Source of the DNA: Phoronis australis
Taxonomy: Eukaryota; Animalia; Phoronida
Assembly: GCA_002633005.1 (NCBI GenBank)
Contig: NMRA01001068.1
Span: forward strand, 2,567 to 60,570
Reading direction: 5' to 3'
DNA: 58,004 nt
In this document: one piece after another, positions 36,790-48,100 of the stretch
Numbering within the stretch: the stretch's first letter is position 1
Layout of the letters: the number at the start of each line of letters is the position of its first letter
Position numbers and translations under genes: made by a program
Notes under the pieces: generated by a model
Database searches by the model: none
Seen by the model: only the letters and a program-made list of their open reading frames with translations
Told to the model about the DNA's origin: nothing

Positions 36790-37120
36790 CCCAAAAACTC
36801 TACTTGCGCAAACTGCGAGAAACATTCTCATAAAAGGCTCACACAGATTGATGGGATTTTCAAGACCCGCCAGATGGGGCGACTAAAGAGGGTGCCTTTT
36901 CGGGCCCTGTCATACGGAACAACCTTCCAACAGCCGTCTTATGAACTGTGTTGATCCAAATATCTTCAAGTCGATGAGGAGGAATTGCATATTTGTTCAC
37001 ACCTCGTATTTACTTGTTTCGTTTGTGTATTATATATTTTGTCTATAATTGTGCAGTCGATAAAAAGAATCCGTGACTCATGTGTTCTGTTTTTTTTAAA
37101 TTGGCTTTAAATAATTATTG
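36790..37120 (+). mobile_element. CR1/L2-like LINE 3' remnant
   Basis: AFSGPVIRNNLPTAV (about 36894-36938) resembles the conserved F...GPxxWNxLP terminal motif, followed by a T-rich tail ending in AATAATTATTGAATAA-type repeats. Confidence 0.4.
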
Positions 37121-38783
37121 AATAATTGATAATGGATCATTTGGTTGTTATAAAGTGACTGGAACAAAATTCTACGAAAGTATGACTATCACATTCCGGC
37201 GGAACCTGCCTTCAATGGAGCTCTTTGTCATGTCTACTCTCTAATGGACCCGCCCGTCATTAAAGAGGTCGAGTCCCTCCTGTAGGAAAACAGCATTTAT
37301 GCTCGGAATATGTCTCAAAATTTCATCACATCAATCACTGAGGCCATATAAGAACTTTTATAATAATTCCAAGGTTCTGTTGCCAACTGCACGTCTTAGA
37401 GATGACTTTAAAGTTTCAGCCCGAGACTGATGAACGCCGCTTTTGCCACGCCTCTGTACATTCTGTCTGTTGTTTTACAATTCATCCAGGTTGTAAACAA
37501 ATCAATGTTTCTATGGGATCCGTCTGCTTAATCATCTTTCAAAGGTTACTATTATACTAAATCCTCAAACCTCTGATAAAGGCCGAGTAACAGGTTTTGG
37601 GTCGTTGGTCATGAACGCTCACGCGCAGTTCCAACGCTAAAATGATATACGGTGTAGTAGGCCTACCAGCTAACAGAAAATAGGAATCTAAATTTCACAG
37701 TAAAGGAGAAACAAACAGAAATGATTCACGTACGACGATCATCATTTGGCTATTGAAATCTCTTAGATTGTCATCCCTCATATACTTTGTCAGTTGTCCG
37801 GTCACGAGGACATTGACCCGTCGCAGATCAACTGACAACTGTCCTTCTGACTGGGTATAAATGGTACACCAGCGACAGTGGAATACATACTCTCAAAACT
37901 CTCAATAGTCCAGCTACTGAAGCTGAACAGTAAACGAACTCATCGAATGAGGGAGATTCCGAGTGGTGTACTTGGATTATCGCCGCCTCGGGTGGAGCGG
38001 ACAATGGTGCCACCCCCAACTCCAGGCCCGATCATCAAGAGTTTTGTGCCCCTCGTCGTTTGAACACCCCGGACCTATGCTGTCACTATCACCAATTTCC
38101 AGCTTTTCCATCGGTGCCACCTTCTTTCGAGATGGCACTCGAGCCGGTCAGCACTCGCCCCCCTAGCTACGTAACTGGTAACCGCCTGGTGAATTGATAT
38201 CAAAATAACTACCTGAGAAATAAAACAATACAATACGAGGGACGATTCACTGAAATGTCACAAACAGAAACCAACTTAAGTATGATTTCAGATGATAAAC
38301 GGCATGAAAACGGAGAATAAATTTCGATCAAAAAAAAAAATAAAAAAACAAAAAAATAAACGAATGTTTGCCATTTCCGAAATTTTCAAAAACCAGGTCA
38401 ATGAGATTTTTACCTCCGAGAATAATAGTTGAATTCGTGACGCGATTACTTTCGACAAACTACATTGATAACAATAATCTTTGTACGAAAAGAATTAGAC
38501 AAACAAACGTGAGCCTTTTGAGGCTCACGTTTGTATGCTTAAAAGTGTACAAACGGCATTAAAATTTGATGTTGTTTACTTTTCATCGATTTTTGTCGTA
38601 GTCTTGATGACTGGCGCTAATACTATTTTACGACATAAGAGATAAGAACATCGCCATTTTCTCATGCCTGCTGATCAGACAAAACAAAAAAATAACCATT
38701 GGGGAAAGATTTTACTGTTCTGACATTAAAAGTACGTGTTACTGTCACAGATCATACAATTTAAGGTAAAAACCTGAACACTT

Positions 38784-39043
38784 CATACGTGCACCCAGCC
38801 TAAAAAATGGGGGCTCGAATTTTTGAGAATATGGACCTTTTACTAAGATTCATGGAGTGCTCTCAGAGCCATGAGTTGTGCATTCGCGTAATTTTGGTGG
38901 TTCCTGTTTTTAGTGGACTTTGTCTCGTATTCTACTTTTTTCGGAGTTTTTGTTTCTCTGAGGCGGACTTTTTGCCCACTTCGCCAAATGAGGGGAGCTC
39001 GTTCGAGACCCCCGACCTCCCCCCCCCCCTGGCTGCGTGCATG
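38784..39043. mobile_element. hAT-like MITE (family of 12892-13118)
   Basis: Degenerate TIRs CATACGTGCACCCAG / CTGGCTGCGTGCATG; shared internal GGGGCTCGAATTTT...CTGAGGCGGAC.TTTTTGCCCA; flanks CACTT / CACCT. Confidence 0.7.
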
Positions 39044-42000
39044 CACCTATACAGGTTCATTTCTCCATTGTGCTACGAATGATCAACCGTAAAACATGTG
39101 GTAGATCATAACCTTGTCTGGAAGAACCGTTATTTTCCGTGCCTGAAAAGTTGAAAGGCATTTCAAACAGTTAAAGGTATACCACTGGATGACAATGTTT
39201 TTTACTTCTCTAGACGCGCTTTCGCGTCGTGAACAAAATTATGCCAGTTTTGTTGACTTTCGCAGTGTCATTCCTATACTTGTACCCAGGTGTTCAAACA
39301 AAACTAATGATCAATAAAATCGAGTTACTACAGTGGCGTAGAGTAAGGTGGGGCAAAATGTCCAGTCTGGGTAAAACGCCCACGTCCATTAAAACAACCA
39401 AGCACGTGGGCCACGAGCGCAAGCCCCCACTTCGTTTGAGACCTTTAGGCTACTTGCTACGTACCGTAACGGCGGAAGTTTGAAAATAATAGCATGTGTT
39501 GCGCTCTAGTTAAACGTTTTGATGTTCTTTTTTAGTAAATTGCATAATTACGAATAAATTATAATGAAGTCATCTTTAGGTTTGATCTCGGGGGACATCC
39601 ATCTTTCACATACAAAGTACAAGACGTTGGATAAAGATTTTGCATGCCTAACCTAAATTTAATTTACACTTTAGCGCGTATGGCAGGGTGTCTTGGGGCA
39701 AAACGTCTATCCTTGGGATGGGAAAAACTCCCAGGGTACGCGTCTTGCCCCAACGGGAAGCCTTTTGCCCCACTCAATCTTAATTTCATAATAAAGTATA
39801 TCTTTTGAATACACGTGCTTCACAGAAATAGTTCATAATCGCCAAAAGGAAAACAGCAAGAGGTCACGCGAAAAACGGTTAAAAAGTCCCTGGAACCTAA
39901 TCAAAGTGGCCTGTCCTCGTCCAGCTAGTACACACGTGGCCGTCGGTCAACACCTGGGACGATACATGTACATGTGCGGTAATACAGACGGGCACTGCTC
40001 CCAGAGATAGTGGCAAGAGCGTTGGGTTGACCGCTCCGTCCGCCTTGCCTTCGACGGACATACCCGTTATTTTGATTTACGTAGTTATAGAAATCGCAAC
40101 TTGTTTTTTTTCAAATTTAGTGCTTTCCATCTTCACTTCATTAAAATAATTACAACTTGAATAAACTATTTTTGTTGGTAATTTGCGATCCGGTGCAAAA
40201 CGCCTAGTTTTGAGCGTTCCCTCGGCAAAGGAATTGTCGTTGCCTCAATAATGGAGCAAAAAGCCCACGTTGTTCGCGTAGCTGGGGTATGTGGCCCACC
40301 CTATTATATTGCTACTGTGAAAATATTACGCTGCAATCTGATAAATACTCGAATTGCTAGACAAACAAAATCAGGCTAATACGGTAACTCCATTTGCATA
40401 CAAAACTGACTACAATGAATGTGTTTCAGCGAGAATGTGTCAAGCTACAGACAACACTTCATGTTGTGTTTTTAACCAGGTCGAGTTTCGTAGGCGCAAG
40501 AATCTCGCTAAGGAAACAGTTTGATCACGTGCTTCGCTTGCAATATCTCGCAGCCTTGCGTATTCTTGCGTTTTCACGAGATTCTCGCCACTGCGGTCAC
40601 TCACAACGGTTTAATTGTAGATTAATGAAACATCACCTATTGCGGTTCTTATCGAGTCCTCAAGTTCAGTCATCTTCAATAGAATTGATACCAGCGCTCG
40701 GTGCCTACCTGACGAAAAGACGGACTCGATGGCGATTTCATCACAACGGATTCAGTCTGAGAGGACGGGTCTACATTCAAGTGTTTATTCTGATGATTAA
40801 GCTTAGCTTCGCAGATTTCTCCAGAGTCTTGAGTACAAAATCCTCATACAGTGTGCACTTTCGATTCAAATTTTCAAAATGACCACGTGAGGGCACCTGA
40901 AGGTAATGAACCCATCTGAAGACGTCCACTCATTCATCTTTGCTTACTTAGAAAATTAAACAAGTTTTCTTTTTAAAAACCGAACGATAATTACTGTACA
41001 TTGTATATTATTTTCAGCATTTTTGTATGTTGGTAGCAATGCTTTTAATGCAAGGCAGTTGGTGAAAACTTGTAAAACCTTGTCTAGCATTAATTCCTGG
41101 CAATTCAAAGCCCGAATCAAAATTGTTAAGAAACAAGAGTTCAGTAATCATTCAGTCTTTTTTGGCCCTAGCTGACACTGTTCATTTTGGGAAACCCCAC
41201 AAACTGCAAAAATTTTCAATTATGGTTTTTAGAATTCAATAATACACATTTGCCTGCATTAAAATGATACGTTGTTCCATCTATACATTCCGAGATGTTG
41301 TTACCCCCCGTGGATTTCGTTGCAGACCGCGATGGGGGATTTCTTTCGTAACTTTTAACGATAACCCCTAACACATCTTTAAGGCTCTCTAATAAAGTCA
41401 ACTTCACAATGTCTCCTGCAGGTCATAGCCAATCCCTAAACTCCTAACGGCATATAACGTTCATACTCAGGTCTAAAAAGTGGCATTTTCTCGTGAAATT
41501 TTGTACAAGCATGGTTACCCAAATTTCTGGTGGCTTAATTTTCTGAGTTCACTTTTGCCCCTTGCTAGAAACACTAGCCTAAAGTCCGCACAGGGGCCCC
41601 ACCCCACCCTCGATTAATATATGCATGCGAAATAAAGCGACTGGCGGGGGAAGTNGGGGCGTTATAACGGAGCTGGCCGGGTTGCAGACCGGGTGCATAC
41701 AAATGGAGGTAACTTAAAGGCGCTAAACAGGTGACGACTAGTGGCAGGGGCATAGAAACTGGTGTTATCCTGGTGGAATCGGAGCACCGCGCGACACTGA
41801 GGGAGGATGCGTTCGCGGCATTTTTGTTTCACCTCCGCGTTCCGCTAATCAACAAATCGGCAGTTCGGCAATAGAGTGCCCCACTGATCATCACTTTGGC
41901 TCAAAGCACAGATGAGCAACTTCTCTGCTTCACAATACCGGAAATAGGTCTGCAGTCACTTTAGCCTACCTTAGTCTTACGTTTGAGTGTTCCCACTCAG

Positions 42001-42318
42001 GCGCTGCATGTGTCCTCGCTAACTAAAATATCTTCTGAAACCGTGTTCTTATTCTTTCTTTCATCTTTGACTTACTTCACTCATGCGGGTTAGCCATCGT
42101 CACGAATCGCCTCTCACTCCACTGAGTCACTGCTGTGAAACACACCTACATCTCATTTGTTCGAACTATACACGGTTAGACCTGGTAACCATTGGTAGAA
42201 CAACAATTCTCCTTGTCATGTAGCTGAACCTCAACAAAAACCCACCAGTGACACGTTTCAATACAATAAGAGCTTTGTACACACGGGGTGTCACTGATTG
42301 AGCAGGATCTTTTAAAAA

Positions 42319-42458
42319 CACAGTTGGATAGTTGCGCTGTACACAGCATCTCCCACAGTTGGATAGTGGCGCTGTACACAGCATCTCCCACAGTTGGATA
42401 GTGGCGCTGTACGCAGCATCTCCCACAGTTGGATAGTGGCGCTGTACACAGCATCTCC
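42319..42458. repeat. Minisatellite, 35 bp x4
   Basis: CACAGTTGGATAGTGGCGCTGTACACAGCATCTCC repeated. Confidence 0.95.
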
Positions 42459-45166
42459 CCTACCCCATGTAGACTAATTTGATTACACTGATGTCTTTCA
42501 CTACTTTTCGCCATAATTAAATTCACTCCAGCAAATTACAGTTCCAGATGACGCTACTGGACCTTTCAAAGGCTCGCGTAACTTGAATTGATTTTTGTTT
42601 TCGAAAACTTCATGTTTTTCAAAAATCTGAAACAGAACTAATTCACTGCATTCCGGCAAAATCAAATCTGTTGGAATAAGTGATACATATTTATTGAAGA
42701 ATACAAAGAACATGCAAAGACAAAATGACAAACCCAGAAATCGCGAAGCATTATATCTGGGCTGTAAACAATTCATAAATAAAACTAATTTACATAGATG
42801 TATATACATGTAAGTAGTATCTAATATAAGTATTCCAACAGTTAGATATGCTATTACGAATATATAAAAACAAAAATATGTACAGATTCATGTATGGAAA
42901 TCAGAAGCAACAATATTGATAAACGGTACATAAAAAATTTGCTAACGTTACTTAAGAGGAATTCATTGAGAACGAGGTGAAGGTTAGGACTACCATTCAA
43001 TAATAATGTAACTCTAGTAGGGATATTATTACAAGAATTGTTGGAATACCAGATTTCTGCAGCAAAAAAAAAACACCGCCTCGCTATGGCCTGTTTTTGT
43101 GTTCAACTGGTGTTTCACATTGACTTCTCAGGCGTTTTTTTAGCTTTGCCCGGCAGCCAAACACACCGGGCGTTAGTAGATTTCAACTTAACAAATGAAA
43201 AGACATTAGAATTCTTTCGCAAATAACGATTGTATATTACCAAATATAAAATCTTTGCCATGGTTATGGTTTGTGATTTTGCGATGGAGAGCTAATAAAA
43301 AATGCCTACCTTAGGTCAACGTCATGATGAAAAAATACTTGTCTTTTTTCACTGCAAGCCAGTTAGTTCCAGTCCTTCGGGAAAACACAGGGCAATATTT
43401 AAAATTTCCACACATGAGATAAAATTCAATTCTCTGATTATGTACACAGGGGGAACTTATTTACTTATTTACTATTTATCCTACCAAAAATTGTTCAGAT
43501 GAATTGATCGGTTTAACCAACGTGGAACTCACACGTGTCTTTCTGTAAGCATGCAGCCTAAAAAAATATTAACGGTTTTTCACTTTCAAAGGATATGCTT
43601 CCTGTAGTTCATGATATGACTAACGTGCATGACGTCATATTTCACTTGACTTAGATCACAGTGAAATCTCTCTGAAAATTGTTTCGATGGCCAACTTTAC
43701 TTTATTGTCGATTGGTGATGTCCCCTGGCGGCGAGGTTGGTAATTGGTGTGAACATGCATTGGCCTCTGTGATTTTTGAATTTCGATGGGCCTAAATAAA
43801 CAGTATGTTTTGTTAATAAATGTCTCGACTAGTCAAAGAGTGTTTGGAACTCGTGTTTAATCTTTGTTAAACTATTCCACAGAGTACAGTAGTCTTCAAA
43901 ATAAAAGGGACAATGTAGAAATTCAAAGTTTTGACGCAGAGCAGAAAACTGCGATTAAACAACTGTTTATTTCCATTAAAAAATCGGTTTTAATTCTAGC
44001 TAAATCTCAACAAAATCTCAACAGGTGTTGCTCCATGCATGATGTCAAAATTGCGGCAACTTATTGTGCAAACTCATTACACAAGTAGCCTAAACACGCC
44101 AGATCACACTACTCAGCAAAAACCTTCGCCAAACCCCGGCTACTTGCCTCAAAGATTTCGCTAAACTGACTCGGGGAGCAAAGTAGAAGTTCGCTGTTTC
44201 AGATGATTTGAGTTTTAAACGTTAACGGTGAATTTTATTCCCACATACGACCTTAGCAAAAAATGGGTTTCACACACTTGTCTCAAAGGTTGTGGCGTGC
44301 TACGATAACAATTATGGTCATTTTTCTCCACTTGGGTCATGATCGACAGGAATCGTAATATCACTTGGCATTGAAGCGGTCCAACTTTAGACGGGCTGAC
44401 CCACCCCATCAAAAAGCAGAGTGGAAGCAGGGAGAGGCAGAGTCCTACATCTGCGATAGTGGCCCACGACCATATTCTGTTTTTAGTGGTTCGTGCGCTT
44501 TCCGGCCCGAAAATTCGAAAATTGTTATTGGGGTCCCTTTACGCTGGGCTTCATCGGCACTCAATTTAGGCTCAGGTGCGGAAACCCTGCGGATGAAATG
44601 TTCCAAGATGGAGATTATTTCTATGGTACCTCTAGTTAATTTTGAAACAGTATCGGAAATGTCCCTCTTATAAGAGGACTGCTTACGCGGGTACTACTAT
44701 TCTGTCAATCACAGTGGTATAGAAATTACTATAACCGATGCTGAAATCTCTTTGTAATAGTCTAACCGTCATGGGTAAAACCTGCTCGTGGAAATTTAAA
44801 ATAGAACTAATAGTGGTGTTTCTGGAAAAAATGTATATAGAGTCGGTATTTTAATTTAACATATGCACCCCGTCACAACGCGTCACTATGACGGTCGGGC
44901 TCTAATAAGCATTTTAAAAAAGGTCAAAAAAGGTTAAAAGTCATAATTAGGAAGCTGTGAACCTGCATTGCATAAATCAGTCATTTCGGGATTTTAATTA
45001 AAATGGAAAATGCTTCCTTAAAGCGATACTGTCACCGTATGAACAAAAATCTCCGGTATCTCCAAGCAGCACTGTTGACAAAGCTTCTAAATTCAACGCC
45101 AGATGTCCCTAATGTTTAGGTTGTACGAAGCGCCACTAGTGTCCTATCTTGTTACTAACTTTCACA

Positions 45167-48100
45167 ATGTCCGATTTGGAAGAAGGGGAGCTCGAATCTG
45201 ATGAAGATATCACTACCACTGTGTCAGCCAATACTACGGCAAGTTTAATACTGGCATTGGTTGGCTTACAATCATGAGAAAGTGGCAGTTGTGATGTGGT
45301 AGCGTGCAAAACATTTACTGCGCAGGGGGAGTAACTTACCGATTCGAGATTCAGTCCAGACAGTCATGCTCACTACTCATTAGTCACTCACTTCAGTTCA
45401 GAACTAGAGTCTAGAAAGACTAGAGAGTAGGCGAACACCACTGTCTCAACTGACCCCAGTAGAGACGGTGGCTATCTCATAGGGTCACCATACTCCTGAA
45501 GCTTTTCAGCGAATTATGCCACACACTGCAGTGGTGGATTTAGGGGGGCCAAGGGGACCATGGCCCCCCTAAAATTCTACCAGATGCCATTTGGTAGTTC
45601 GGATGCGATTTGCTGACTAGCATATACGCGCATTCAAGGGTGTGAATAAACAATGCATAGGCCCTGAACAAAACCATTTACCTTTTTTTTTTTTAGTCAA
45701 ACGGTCCACAAACCCAAAAATTCGAGACCCCTGCATCCCTGCAGTTTAGGGTGGGCACGCGTGTCTGCCAGAATTTTAGTTATTCCTGTGTCCTGCCCCC
45801 CCAACTCAAAATCCTGGATCCGCCCCTGCTCTGATTAAACCATCAAAGTCGTGTTGTGTATAAATATATCTTTTTCAGTGATGTGTAGAAATATGTATTG
45901 TTGGCTAGAGCGTCTGCACGGTTAGGAGAAGGTCCTGGGTTCGAGTCCCAGTCGGAGGCAGAAATCTTTTTGAACTTACATTCATTAAGTCACATGATGT
46001 GATCAAAAAGATGGCGGGTTGAATGGGATAAACTATTTCCTAAGTCATAAGTACCTTTTGGCTAGCCTTGAGTGCTGTAACGGAATTTGGTGGAGCGTCC
46101 AGCACCGATCTCTACTTAGTAGGCCTAACTAAAATGTCGACTGTTCGTAGCCGATAAAAAATATTTGCAGCGTTGTGTACTTTTTTACTTGTTCGTATCA
46201 CATGCGAGAGAACCGTGGAGACAACTTATTGAGAGTGAAACGAGAGAGAAGTAGATAAATACACTGACTTTATTATGCACTAAATATGAAATACAAATCT
46301 ACAAACTTACAACTCATCGCCATATTCTGTTGACATCGCAGCATTGACTTATAACCCCAAAAATGTTTAAACAAAAAAATACGCCGAAAAACGTTGAAGA
46401 CCAAATTAAAAGGGCCCAAACAGTTTATTAGTTTGGTTGGGATTCCTTGCGGATAGATTCGAGACCCGGCAGAATCCGAAGTTTGAGCGTGTGGGACCCA
46501 TTTTTATAGGCAAATTCACACCGTGAATGTTCTAAATTATGCTAAAATCGGGGTCACAAGTTAAACGTAAAAACCAATCAAAATGCAAGGTGAAATTTCG
46601 TCATCAAAATTACCAAATAAGGGAACTGACCAACATACACCCCCTTTAAAATATAATTGACCACTCTGGAATTAAAAATAGTCTTGTCTGACGACGCTAC
46701 TTAACTCATGACTCCATCAATAGACGGCGCTCCCGTCACACTGCAAAGCTGTGCACGTCTTGAATATATAGACAGTGACCACCGTCTGTAGCTGGCTGAG
46801 TAGAGACGGTGTAGCTCCTACTGGAGCTTCACATGCTTGAAGCTTTTCAGCGAAGTATGCCTCACACTGATAAAAAAAATCAAAGCCATGTTGTTATAAG
46901 TACCTTGTGCTTATAAGGGGATACCTTAGGAGGCTTTCAATGTGTTTAATTCCTTCCTAATACTCTCGTTATCAAACGTTTTCTTCGAGCAGTCCTTCGT
47001 TCAGTTTCCAAAATTGGTAACTGGCCATTTTTACACAGGTGCATGCCAACGACCAAACGTCCGATGTGTTTGACCTAAATTTGATGTTAAGTTTTAATTT
47101 AGAAAAAGAAATAAAAAACAGCTTATTTGATTACTGAAACTTCAAAATGCTTCATTTTCAGTTGAAAAGAGTGTTATAAAGAAGGCCATAGACTGTATTA
47201 GTGACAGTGTATACAACTTAACAGACAGACCTGTCCAGTTAATTTGGAAAAAATTAATCGTTTTGCGTGCTTGCAAGTTTGGCTCCCAGTCACATCAGAA
47301 ATTCAATATATATTAAAAATCTGAAGCAGTTCAATTTACTGCAACAGACGAGAAATCATGAAAGAAATTGACAGCATTTTCATCTTCAACACTTTTTATT
47401 ATTTTGTGTGTAATTCGACGATGTTTACCAAATCCAACAAAAGGCAGTGCACGAGTTAATTGCATCCAATTATGTGATGACAAATCCAAGGGTATTACCG
47501 TCTATGTGTTAATTGCATCCAATTATGTGATGACAAATCCAAGGGTATTACTGTCTATGTGTTAATTGCATCCAATTATGTGATGACAAATCCAAGGGTA
47601 TTACTGTCTATGTGTTAATTGCATCCAATTATGTGATGACAAATCCAAGGATATTACTGTCTATGTGTTATCAAGGCATCAGTTTTGTTGACATGTTTAT
47701 AATGCCTTGGTTCAGCCAGAGGTATTATCAATGACAGCCTCTTATTGGCTTGTCACTGCCTGCAAATTTTTCATTGTTTAATGTGGAGGAAACTGGTAAT
47801 GTTCTAAAACTGAATTTCAAACTTAGCTACTTTTTTTAACTTTCTCCTTTGTTGTTTTTATTACTTATAATGTTGTTGCTGGAGGATGTGAGGAACAATT
47901 TGATTCAAGTGCCTGTGGTTATTCTGTTCAACTCACCTGTGTGCAGTGTTCTTATATTCTCAGTCTCTACCCGGAGAGAGTTACAGATTCTAGGTACTCT
48001 AGTACTCGACATGTTCCAAACAGAGCTGTTACCTCCTTCAACAGGCCAGTCGTTCACAGATATTTAATGCTGTTTTCTTCTAACGGTTGGTTGTAGATAG

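Noticed and set aside
38504-38533. Perfect 13-bp hairpin CAAACGTGAGCCT/AGGCTCACGTTTG
   Set aside because: Not a bacterial terminator; best explained as the terminal inverted repeat of another degraded HINE-like element, whose other end I could not define.
40394-40882. 162-aa plus-strand ORF
   Set aside because: TTG start, no recognisable motif or splice context.
41305-41415. Exon-like minus-strand segment (CAG|GAGAC...GGGG|GTAAC, DIVKLTLLESLKDVLGVIVKSYERNPP)
   Set aside because: No recognisable domain and no convincing chain of partner exons; needs RNA-seq.
45900-45970. Functional tRNA gene
   Set aside because: Acceptor stem and 5' D-arm absent, anticodon loop lacks U33; kept only as a tRNA-derived relic.
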